From contig NMRA01000515.1 of NCBI GenBank assembly GCA_002633005.1, positions 1-64,000 of the forward strand: 64,000 bases of DNA. Direction: 5' to 3'. Numbering within the stretch: the first letter of the stretch is position 1; every line of letters begins with the position of its first letter. The DNA is from Phoronis australis. Its lineage: Eukaryota > Animalia > Phoronida. Both the position numbers and the translations under genes were made by a program. Positions 39,801-52,000 of the stretch are shown one piece after another. The notes below the pieces were generated by a model that was not told where the DNA came from, made no database searches, and saw only the letters and a list, made by a program, of their open reading frames with translations.

Positions 39801-42800
39801 AAGTTAACAATATTTAGAGATAAGGTCAAAAGCAGTTCTGGTCAATGCGATATCAAACAGCATAATCAGTTCTGGTCTATGCGATATTTTTAGATGCACC
39901 TGAAGTGAAGGGGAACTGCAACACAAAAGTGCACAACTTGACCTTGGAAACCCGTTCTTAATCAATCAAGGCCATAAAAGAAGTGATTGTTGCCAAGTTG
40001 TCAAGACACTTTGTTAAAAAGTTACCTTAGATACGCTTGTGTACCGTTTCAAAAATAAATTTGCAATAAGTGGTAAGGGCAGGTCTTTTTTCTATAAACA
40101 ATGAGGAGTGGGTTTCAAAATGAGTCTGGCACATGCCAGAACCAACTATATTACTTCTTTCGCCTAACAACATCTTGATGTGCTTAAGTTATGCCACAAT
40201 ATGACGTTTGAACAGACAGGCTTTAACAACTATTAACCATTCTGGACCTAAAAATGTTAACCTTATGACAGAAATTTGTATTGTCCAGTTCACAGCACTA
40301 CAGGAAAACAATTTCAAGGAAACATTCAACTAAGAATTGGATCTTTCACAAACTTCTTGTGTAAACACCATGAAATACTCGGCAATGACATACCTTTGTG
40401 CCACGATTTCTTTCACGTCCAAAACCAGCAAACCAATCACCACCTCTGCGACATATCTCTGGTGCCACTGCTACAGTCTCCACATTCGACACGGTTGTTG
40501 GGCAGCCAAAAAGACCGATGTCAGCAGGGAAGGGGGGCTTCAAGCGCGGCTTGCCTTGTTTACCTTCCAGAGACTCTATAAGAGCCTGAAGATGGAAAGT
40601 ACAGGTGTCAGAAATGAGAAGGCACAAAAAGGACATAATTCACATTGAGATGGACCTGGAAACATGTTCTATAAAGCTGCTGGTATACACGCAATGAAAA
40701 ATGGCATTTCTCACAAAAACAGTGATCATTCATAAGTAATGAAAACCTTAAAAAATTTGGGCACATGTACTGCAACTAGCTAAGAGTTGCAAACTGCAAG
40801 CCTTGAACTAAAAAAATTATGGCTAAATTAATACTTGCCGTTTCTTCTCCACAGATGTAAGCGCCAGCCCCGCGGTGGACGTAAACATCAAAGTCATAGC
40901 CAGTACCACAGGCATTCTTACCAATCAGGCCAGCATCGTAGGCCTCTTTGATGGCCAGCTGTAGGTTTGAGGCTTCGTTGTAAAACTCACCACGGATGTA
41001 GATGTATGCTGTAGACACGGAAAGTTAAACACTCAGGTAAACATTTCTTTTTCCATTTTTATCTTACACTCACTTTTATAACTGAAGCAGTTTAGAACAC
41101 ACGCGTCATCTAAAGTGTTCACCCGAAGATGTGTTTTTGAATTATTTGATGGGATTAAGCTTAAGTAGATGCATGTCGAGTTTATGGATGATTCAACTTG
41201 GATGCAGCTTTGATAAGTTGTACGAAATAAAACTAAAGAAATAACAAAATAACACTTCCGCTTCTCAGAAATCTTCCCATATTCTCCATTGATAAAAATT
41301 CCACCAATCTCCATTTTCCAACATACATTGTGTGTTGTTCTGTGCTAGTGTAACCATTTCAACGCTGCTTTCATGGACACCAAAATTTAGAAGTGAAGGG
41401 TGAACACTGGATCTATGTTAAAGTTCACATTCCTCATCAAAAAAGAGACTAAACGATATTGCTTGAAAACAAACCACGATATCACCACACTTGAACAAAG
41501 TTGTCTACACTTAAATCACAGAGCGACAGTTACAGCAAATGGAGTGCTGATAAGTGTCTCACCAGCCCTGGCCCCCATGGATCTGCCTGCCACAAGGCAT
41601 CCTTCCACTAACTTGTGAGGGTCGTGTCGCATGATTTCGCGGTCCTTGCATGTGCCTGGCTCACCCTCATCCGCATTTACAACGAGATATTTGGGCCTAG
41701 CAGTTCACATGGTGGGAGAGAATAGAATAATGATCAGTAAAAACTACACCAAGAATATAGGCCTGGTTATGGTGAAGAACGAGGATTATTCCTTTGGGGC
41801 TATTCTAACAAATGAATCGAAGTATAGAGTTACATTTTTCCTAATACAAAATACAATGAGATCATAACATTATGAAAGACAACATGTAAATAACCTGCCA
41901 AGTAACAGATCTAAAGTACAGAAACTTAAAAACAAGAAACCAACATAGCTTACAACTTTCAATTACAATTATGAAAAATGACTGGCTGTGCACAACCTAC
42001 ATTTCATAATGAGTTGTTGTTCCTACCTGCCATCATCCGGTTTGTTCATGAAGCCCCATTTCATGCCTGTAGGGAAGCCAGCTCCACCACGACCCCTCAA
42101 GCCTGACTTGACAATTTCCTTCAGGATCCATTCATGGCCTTTCAACAGAATTTCTTTAGTTTTGTACCAATCACCCTAGTGAAGATATTAGGTTGACAGT
42201 GAAACATTTCTTGCTCAAACAGGGCATGACATACACAAACAGTACAAACCAATGGAAATTGTACTCAGAGATGTTCATTACCACAGAAGTGCTAATAAAC
42301 GAATGAAACAAAACATTGCATTGATTTTAAAAGGCGTATAACAAAAGCCAAGTCAGTACTGGGTTGCAAGTTTAAAAACACACAAATTAACAATGAGTTC
42401 ACTTTAAAGAGGAGAATTTTTAATCAATGAATAGAATTTTTTAAGCACGGTGAAGGAAATTTTGTGGTTTTAAAGTGTTTTCCACAGGAGACTGAGGCCA
42501 ATATTTGACCACAAAATCAAGGCATCGAGGGCCCTGATAGTTGATGGTGTACCAACATTAAATGAAGCAAAAATCAGTCAATAAAATGCACTTGAAACAA
42601 ATTTAAGTTTTATCTTACAATTGACTAAAATTTAATATTCGTCTTGGCTAAATCAGTTTTCTTGGAACGGGCCCCTGGAGTGTGTGTCCATACAAACATA
42701 AAAACAAAGCAAAATTTCATTTCCTCAAGTGCTAACTTTTCACACAATCTTATCCAGCAACCTACCCTTTTCATAGCCCCATTCAACCGCCAGTCATGAC

Positions 42801-45800
42801 GGCCGTACAGATTAGTAAAAATTCTGTCCTCGTCTTTCAAGGGCCCATACTTCGTCTGAAATTTACAAACACAAAGGGTCAACATTCAACATATTTTGTG
42901 ACAGCAACTTAAATTACACTACCTCTGTTTCAGTTTTGAATGTGACAGTCAAAACTTAGGCTACCAAAATTATGTCCATTAAAGAAGTTAATTTTCATTA
43001 ATAATTAACTGTTACATACGTCAAACATTCTTGTTATGGAATTGGAAATTCACTCAATCAACCACTGTGTTACTAGAAACTTCCGATGAAGCCATTGCAA
43101 CATCCTTAACAAAATTCTAATGCATGGTTTGACAATTCCTGAACAAATTTGGGTGTAGCTAAACTCAAAGGGACTAAAAATTTGATTGCAAACTAATTAC
43201 CTTTTCTGTGGAATTGCGACGGGCTGTGACACTCAGGTGACTGGGTAGTTTCTTTAAAGCTAAGGAAACACACAATGATAAGGCCATTAAAGCAAAAGTG
43301 GTCATCTCTGTGACAAGGCATTACAGAGACTATTATTTTGACAATAAGTTTGAGGTTAAAATACAAAAGTAACAACAACAAACTAAAACAAAAGTTTTGG
43401 CACTAATCCTGAAAGACACTCACACACTAAGGATCTCAACTCAGGTAGTCGAACTCATTACAGATAATAAACCTGGACTTTTTGGGTTTTAAAAAGTAAA
43501 TACCTAAAAATATCTGAATTGGTACATTATTCATTATAACTTGACCTTCAGCAATGTCCAACCTACTTATAACAGCTGAATCCCCAGTTTCATGACGACA
43601 GTCTCAATTTTCCCAATCAAGCAATGACGACATAAGCATTATGTTTACTCAAGGAAGAGGGTACTTTTTGACGACAATAATTTGACACTGTCAGATTTTA
43701 TTTTGCCAGTTTTTTCCCCACATATATTTGAATTCACGTAGCTTTCCAACAAAGCTACTGAAAAGAGGACCCATCTTGCCCAGATGTAATGTTAATTCCA
43801 TTTCTGGATAATAATGTCATCTATTGTATTCACTTTTGCTCATGACACAAATTGAAGTCCCAGTGAATGTAGCTTAAGTAAAAAGCTGTATAAATATATA
43901 GTAAAATATGACAAAACAGAAATTAATTTAGTAAACTAACTTGGGTACCAATCAGGGCTTGGAATGACCAATGACAAAAAACGCGGAAACTTTTACAGCC
44001 AAATCATGCCCGATATCCAGCCTTTGAAATGATCAATGTGAACCTTTCCACGACAAAAATCGGGAGGACTAAAAAAAAAACGTTACCACCATCAGTAGCA
44101 TGCGTCTGCGTCCTTTTTCGCTCGCCCGTCCACTCCCAACCCACACAAATTTGGCTGCAGAGCGGTAGTATTTGTCGCCGCGCTTAACAATAACACGAGC
44201 CGCCATTGAAAATCACACCACGCTTTACCCAGATGCCCCGGCAATGTTGACAATTTACGTTCCTTCGAAACATAGACTTCCGCTTTCCGAGGTGAACGTC
44301 GTCTGCAACGCCGCGGTAAGAAAGGAATTTGCCGCGGAAATTTCATATCAAATCCGATTTTTTTACGCGGAAATATTATAAAAAAAGCGGAAAGCACATT
44401 TCAAAAAAGCGGAAATCCGCGTTTCCGCGGAAAATTCCAAGCGCTGACCAATGCAATAAGAATGTCATAAATCCATTATTGAGTGATTTAATTTGGAGAG
44501 CAAACAGATGTGTCAACTTTGAGCAGCATGAAACAGAGCACAAAACGTTGACCAATTTCTGTTTTCGCTGATTCTTCAAGTCAGTGTCTTTTTTCACAAA
44601 TATCAGATGTGATTGAACTTCATTAATACCAGTTCTCAGTATTTCATTCCTAGATAATTTTGAGCACACATTTCTTCAATGAAGTTGTCAACGTCTCCTA
44701 AAGATATCAACCAAATAAAAAATCTAGCAATAACTGAACCTGCAAAATTCAGACCACAATTCTCGACCCAGCAATCATTATGTCGAACTTTGGCTAAGCT
44801 TTTCTTGACTTTCAGTCATACACATAGCCATTGTGCAAAGATGTTAAATATACAGCTTTGTGCCAATGGGGGTAAAAAATGGCCAAACAAAATCTGACAC
44901 AAAATCAGTCATTAAAAACTGCACTCTTCCTTGAGTAAACTAAATTATTTGCTGTTGTTAGAAAAACAGGCATTCTACAGTTATTCAGCTGCTAAAGCTA
45001 TGGAGCAATCTTATGCGTTGGCTTTTGGCGCCACGGAATGTACTAGAAGTTGGCCAGTTTTTTTCCCCCCGATTCTTCAATCAACTGTTCTTATTCTACG
45101 AGGTTGTGTACATGTCACAACAAATTATCAGAACTGGTTTCATTTTGTTATAAGTTTTTAGTATTGTAATACCAGCAAATCGAATTTTAGAACAAATTTT
45201 GGTGCGGCGAAGCTGCCATCATCATCTCCGAGAGATGGAGGTCAATTGGAGCTTAACACAGTGTATTTTGACGATAGTCTTCATACAGCTAACTGACTGG
45301 CTAATTCATACACAGCTAACTCAGCTGGCTACATGGCAGTCAAAGGGTCAGTTGTGAACCACTAATGAAAGCTACAGTGGTAGTGAGCAACTGCTGGTAT
45401 TAAACAAATCATAAGTACACTGGTCATAAAACTCAGTAACCTACAGTACAATGGCTGGGCTGACACCATTATCTGATAGTACAGGGTGGATATTAATTTT
45501 CATCTAAGTAAGTCAACTTAGATTTAAATGACGGGGAACGGAATTTAATCAACCAGTCAGTCCTCTGGACCAGCGTTTCAAAAACCCATAGAAACACTGC
45601 TTTTGTTAAATTCTAATGAGTTGTTTTGGAGTTATGGAAGGACCCACATATCCGACTATAACCGCGGGAGTGTTTTGTTCGAGTTGGAAGGATTTATCAT
45701 TTATAAGTCTCCAACTGCTCCAGTCCAAACTCCATCTACACTCGAAAGCGTACATGTAGGAACATAACTTAGCCCGTGCAAAGGTTACACTGTGTTTGAG

Positions 45801-46107
45801 AATGTATGAAAATGTACAGAAGAGGGTTATGGGGAAGTCAGTGGTCAGTTGGCCATGCCAACAGGAGGCAGCACGGCGGAACTGTCCAGTACTCACCTCA
45901 CCAGTCACTAGTTGGTTAGCGATCTGGAACTGGCACACTGACTACAGCCTGCAATTAGCTCTAATAAACGCCGAAAACAAATAAAATAAATGTATTTTTA
46001 TGGGAAAATGCAAATTCAGAACATTCGATTACATGACGAGAATCCTAACCAAGAAGCTTACCAATTGAAGATCGAAATGTTGGTGCCAGTTTCGCAAACG
46101 TAGCCAT
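36890..46107 (-). CDS. NDUFV1: NADH:ubiquinone oxidoreductase 51-kDa flavoprotein subunit (complex I), 470 aa, 12 exons
   Basis: Exons 46107-46062, 43259-43201, 42855-42766, 42175-42027, 41696-41563, 41008-40839, 40585-40394, 39715-39549, 39302-39149, 38608-38554, 37371-37262 and 36976-36890 total 1413 nt in frame. Presequence [32 protein letters not shown]; motifs [45 protein letters not shown]; 4Fe-4S ligands ESCGQCTPCREG...TICALG. Confidence 0.97.
38846..39141. repeat. 59-bp minisatellite x5 in an NDUFV1 intron, adjacent to the exon 9 donor
   Basis: tacacagttacacaaaccctggtataagccacccacaaggctacacattgcacatcaca repeated. Confidence 0.95.
43953..44446. mobile_element. ~0.5-kb hAT-like MITE in NDUFV1 intron 1
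   Basis: TIRs CAGGGCTTGGAAT / ATTCCAAGCGCTG match 12/13. The direct repeat accaat flanks both sides. Many subterminal GCGGAAA motifs. Confidence 0.75.
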
Positions 46108-46389
46108 ATTTATGCAACAAATATGTCCGCTTTACATAACATTCATAAAACTGTATTTTGAAAACCTGTTATGGAGTTAACAAGAAAATAAATTACATAT
46201 CAAATAACAATTTTTGCAAAATAAAACTCTATATTTTATTATTATAGGTTTAATTTTTTTATAAATTGCCCGTTTACTTTTTTTAAATTTCATAGTAAAA
46301 TTATTGTTTGGTGTTGTATGTTCTTATTTCTTACGCCAGATGTCGTTCCGATGCAGGAGTTCCGTGATTTTGGAGTTTGCACTCACAAG
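46108..46389. promoter_or_regulatory. Putative bidirectional promoter for NDUFV1 and KHK, with a candidate KHK 5' exon ending at 46389
   Basis: The NDUFV1 ATG is at 46107 (-). A plus-strand donor CAAG|gtaggc lies at 46389/90 across an AT-rich spacer. The KHK ATG at 49037 is directly preceded by an acceptor-like ctgcag. Confidence 0.55.
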
Positions 46390-46570
46390 GTAGGCAGTGC
46401 TACTCAAAACATTGGTGGACCCAGCTACTGGTATTCGCCTGTGAAAAATCATAAATTAGCAGTGGTTTGACCGTGAGTGAAAGCTGCTGGCGTAACACTA
46501 TACTTGTTTGGGTTTGACGGTTCGCTGAGTGAGTGAACAAAGCTTGCCCATGCAGAACCGGGCCTGGGCC

Positions 46571-48224
46571 CATGACAGGGCTTTCCCGTTCAGTGACTTT
46601 ACCAGACATAGGACTATGGGATGTGAGAGTGTGGTAACATCTAGCTTCTTTGTTAGCTGCCAAGCCCACTTTTTTGTCTGTTATGACAACAAGCAGGCCA
46701 ATTATCTACCAGGCTTATTACAGACCACAGTCAAACTTAGCCAGCCAGCAAGCTGTATGACGACTGTCGTCAAAATACAATATTTATATACAGCTTTGTA
46801 CCAAGGCTAAGTCAAACTCAGAGTGAATGGGTGTATTCGGAAAGAATAGATTGCCGTAACTTCGGTTGCAGTTGGGCAATTTTGGCGATTCAAAAACTAA
46901 ACATGATCACCATTTGACGAAGATTTCATAAATGCTATTGGTAGTATTGGTTTATGTTCAAATATGTTATAACTTATCTTTTATTTTTAACAGCTCAGCC
47001 CAGTCAGGGTGGATATGATCTTATTTGAGATTACACATTACACAATTATCGAACAAAAGAGAGCTGGATCTCCAACCATAAATGCCAGAATGGTGTTAAT
47101 TAGTCGTGTAAGATATTGGCTACAGGGGTAAACTTCCTAACTTGTTGTTGGGCTATAGAATCGAACATGTTGGGAGCAATGGGGAAAATGCCGTAATGAT
47201 GGGGGGTACTGACTTCCAGTGTTCCATAGAACTTAGAAGAAGTATGCGCGACGTGCTGTTCATAAGCACAACCAATTTCCCTTGTAGTTAAAAATCACCT
47301 TGTCCAAGTTTCGAACCTGGTACCTCTTGCTTTAATGCTGGGCATCCTTTCCAGTCGACCAAAGAGCAATTGCCCGTGGCATAGGCGATTGATTAAGAGA
47401 GGCCATTAATTTATATTACTACACTCACTGCAGATTCACCACACCCTGCAAAGGGGTTCCTTTTCCAACAAAATTCTATATGAAAGATACACACACCTTT
47501 AACGGAGAAATTCCTTACAAAAACTGGGTTCACTTTTGTCGGTAAATCATGGGTGCACCAAGGGGGGGCTCGGGGGGCTCTCATTCAAGCCCCCCAATTT
47601 GGCGATTCGGGCAAAAAGGTCCACCTCAGTGCAACAAAAAGTCCGAGTATTTCCATGTCAGTCTCTTATTCATCATTGATCATAAGTCTTGTCTTTCATT
47701 TTTGTAAGTCTATTTGTGTGTCTTAAGTCATTACGGCATTTTCCCGTTGCTCCCAACTTGTTCGATTTTATAGCCCAACAACAAGTAGGGAAGAACGGCG
47801 CCATAGCCAATATCTGATTAACTCCATTCTAAGCATTGAAGGATGGAGGGCCAGCTCTCTTTTGTTAGGTAATTGCTCTAATCTCCAATGAGATCATATC
47901 TACGCCTGACTGGGCTGTACTGTTAAAAATAAAAGTTAAGTTATAACATATTTAAACATAAACCAATAGCATTTCTGAATTCCTTGTCAAATGCTGTTGT
48001 TGAATTGCCATAATAGCCCACCTACAACCAGAAGTTACAACAATCTATTCTTTCCAATCCTACTATGCTTTACTTTGTTCACACCTGGTCTGTAATAAGC
48101 CTGGTGGCTGTTGTCATACCAGACAAAAGTCCGTGCTTGGCAGTTAACAAAGGAGCTAGATGTTATCACATGCTCACAACCCTCTTAGTCTGGTAAAGTC
48201 ACTGAACGGGAAAACGCCGTCATG
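46571..48224. mobile_element. Foldback element with long (~500-600 bp) diverged inverted arms
   Basis: catgacagggctttcccgttcagtgactttaccagac... (46571-47200) is the reverse complement of 47730-48224 (...gtctggtaaagtcactgaacgggaaaacgccgtcatg). No clear TSD. The centre holds SINE and hAT-like fragments. Confidence 0.8.
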
Positions 48225-49036
48225 TACTGTCCTTGTATGTTTTTATGGAGGACCCCCATGGAAAGCAGTGAAAACTGAGGGGGTTACTCTCATTGCAAAC
48301 ACAATATAAGTAAATAAAATCGGTTACAGCAGAATAAAAGAGAAACTCATGTAGTGCAATTGCTGCTCTTTTGTCCCAGTTCTCCCTCTTTACAGCTCGG
48401 CTGACCATCTGACTGACCTAGTATAATTGAAAATTTAAACCATTTCACTATTAAATGTGTGAACTGAAGAGTAAATTTCAATTACCCCATTCCCTGCTAA
48501 CACAATAGAGAGCCACAACTGACTGTGCTATCAACAGTCACAAGACCCTTTCATACTAGCTTAATCAACTCCTGTATGAGCTGAGCATCTAGTGAAGTGT
48601 CATTTAATTATTACAGATAGGTGACCAATTAAGTAATCCAACCAGTAGGACTGAATTCAATGGGCTATTGTGTCCACATTAGGGAATTCCAATGTTCAGA
48701 GGATCATCCACCAATTGGATGTACTTATGGGTACTACACCTGTACTAGGTTCCTCATGCTAAGATTGTGTTGCTAACCCCACAACAGAGCTCTATCAACT
48801 GACTGATTTTAATCCTCCCAAGGAATCTCACAACTTTTGAATGGAAGAACAATTTATACTGAAGCACCACTGTAAACCTCTCTTTCTTAGGGACTTTTTG
48901 AGCAGCTGATCGTGGCTTTTGTTCTGGCGGTAGTTTGAATATTATTTGCCTGTTTATGAAAATTCAAATTCTTCTGAGGTTTAGTTTTAAGTCAGATATT
49001 CGTTTTCATATTGAAGGTTACATCTGATAGCTGCAG

Positions 49037-52000
49037 ATGGGAAAAAGAATTCTGTGTGTTGGCCTCACATGTCTAGATTTGATCAATGTCTGTCACCAGT
49101 TTCCTACCGAAGACACAGACTCAAGGTAAAAAAACTGAAAGGGCTACGTTGACAAAATTCAGTTCCAAATTGGTTTCAAAGTATCAGTTACTTTGATATC
49201 TGATTAATTGATTTTTACAATGCAAAAAATGTTTTGAAAATTTCGATGGATTTGTACTCTGCTGGTAAAGTCTATACTTACAATGAAACAGTTTACTGAA
49301 TAGACATAGAAAGTGTTGTCAATTTCATCCAATATCTGCCAATTTTAATGCACATAGACACACACGTACACACACAAACACACACACACACATATGCACG
49401 TTATGCTGTCATCCCTGTCCGGTGTCCATCCAGCATTGCCTGGCATCTGCTGCTCTACCTCCTAAACCGTTGATGGATGCGCATCAAATTTTGCCATTTT
49501 TCTATCCTAGATGGGACACACCTGAATTTTTCTCTGATCAGATTACCGGTGTGTCGCCTAGTGGTAATTTCATTTTTATGCGCCCACATGTTTATATGTG
49601 GGCGCATATTGCCGTCAACTCTGTCTGGGTGTCTGGGCGTCCGGCATCTGCGGCTGTATCTCCTAAACCCCTTGCAGGATTGTATTGAAATTTGACAGGT
49701 GTGTTCCTGTAGGGTCTACGACAGAGGGCGATGAGTTTCTGACTGACTCAAGTACTGCTGTGGCCCCCTAGTGGCAATTTTAGTTTTGTATCTTCAAAGG
49801 TCTTCAACCGATTTTAATGAAATTTGGTACATAGGCATCTATTAATGAGTTGACACTATCCTCCCGTTTTCGTATTGCTTCGATGGATTTTGTGCCATCT
49901 AGTGGCCATTTTTACTATTTTTGAGTCGTTTTTTGGCGTCCGCTCCTCTAACATCCAAACCACTCTAAAGATGATTGTGAAAATTGGCATGTATGGTCTT
50001 ACTATGAAGAAGACAGTTGTGGCGCCTCCTAGAGGCAGTTTTGTTTGTTTTTGCGTCCATGGCTGTATCTCCTAAACGCTCTTCAGGATCTTTATTAAAT
50101 TTAGCAAATGTATTTATATAAAGTTGATAACAGACGACGACTTTCGGACAGATGGGTCTACAGGTTTTCCCCCTAGTGGCAACTTTATTTTTTTACATTT
50201 ATCACTGTATCTTCAAAGGTACTCAACAGATTTCCATAAATTTGGCACATAGACATCCATTAGTGAGGTGACGCTAGCCATTCATCTTCGGATTGATTCA
50301 AGTTTTTTGCGCCACTTAGGGGCATTTTTGTTGTTTTTGAGTTTGTTTTGTGGCTTTTGTCCCTGTCAACCAAACCACTCTACGGATGATTGTGAAAGTT
50401 GGCATGTATGTTCTTTCTATGAAGGGGACTGTTGCCAATGATTTTCTGACGACTTCGACTACTGTGGTGCCTCCTAGTGGCATTTTTTTGCACCCATACC
50501 TGTGTCTCCTAAGCCCTCTGCAGGATCTTTATAAAATTTAGGACTTGTATTTATATGAAGTTAACAAGAGAAGATGACGACTTCTAGACGGATCCGATGA
50601 GTGGCAATTTCGTTTTTTTCTTGTTTCCTCTTTTTCTCTGAAGTTCCTCGGGGAATTTTAACTTGGTAAATGGCTTTCTTTTAAAGAAACGATGACATTT
50701 TCTTGGTTTTCAGGCAGATTAGACATATTTTGTGCCATCTGCAATGCATTCGGGGGCGCATTTCAACACTCTGCGTTGCTTTTGTTTACGTTTGCCTCTG
50801 TTTTCTGAGTTCCTCGAAGGACTTTCATGAACTTTGGGAAATAGGTTCCAATTAAAGAGACAATGACATTGTCCCATTTTTGGGCAGATCAGACTTATTG
50901 CTGCCACCTATTGGCTATTTTTATTATTTTTGAGTTTGTTTTTGGCACCTATCGTTCTGTTAGAAAAACTTCTAAAGGATCATGATGAAAATTGCCATGT
51001 GTGTAAATGTGTGGCTGACAATGATTTTGGACAGGTCTGACTACTGTATCACCCAGTAGTAAGTGCCAATTTTATTTTTTTGTTTGTGGCTTAATATTTG
51101 CCAAGTTTCTTGATGGATCTTCATGAAATTTATTGTTTACATTTTTATTGAGGAGAGCACAACTGTTGTCAATTTTGTTTCAAATCTGACTATAGCTGAG
51201 TCTCATAGTTGCAGTTTTGTTTTTCTCGACGTTCTCTTGATATTTATTATTTTCCGTGATGGATATTTATGAAATGTGGCAACTAAGTTACTATCGTGAA
51301 CGACAGCAGAAGCCCTTCTTCAGATGGATTTATCACATGGAAATGTTTCATCATAAGTGATATATATTTACATTTTCTTTCAGTTACAATTTCTTTCAGA
51401 TTTTTATAACTAATAGGCCAAATAAATGTTTTATTTTATGTATTGCACGTTGTTGATGTGAAGATCAGCTTCCAACTCTACTGTTGATGGTATAAAACCT
51501 GCATTCTTTTATCGTCATCCAATTTTTGTAAGTAACGCATCATTTTCACGGTCACTTTTCTGCCTAGGGGTAGTGCACACCATGCGTGTTCCAACTGACC
51601 GTGTTATATTATGTGTGGGAAGCTCTTTGTTGTTCAGTATCTGTGATGTTTGCGAGTATCCTACTGAAGATCTGGGATATAGGTAAAACTATTATTGGAT
51701 TTAAGATTGCCAAAGTTAATTTGAATTGTCATCTAACTTCTCATAAGTTATTAAATTTTCATGATTGGTTGTACAACAAATGACTGGATGTATAGCAGAA
51801 AAATCTTATTTTTTAGTAAATTGTTGACTTATAACCATTTAAGACTTTAAACCACAAGCTTCTTGTTGAACAAATTAACTTCGCTCATCCAGAAAATAAA
51901 ACATGCCAAAATTTAGTTTTGCAATTTCATTTTTTTTTTCAAATTGTTTTCTTTCGAATTTCAGTGTATTGCACCATGAACTTTTTATAGATTTTTAGGT

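Noticed and set aside
44098-44206. ATGGCG at 44206 (MAARVIVKR...) as NDUFV1 exon 1
   Set aside because: It has no good phase-1 donor and lies inside a TIR/TSD-bounded MITE. Exon 46107-46062 has a clean G|gtaagc donor and a better mitochondrial presequence.
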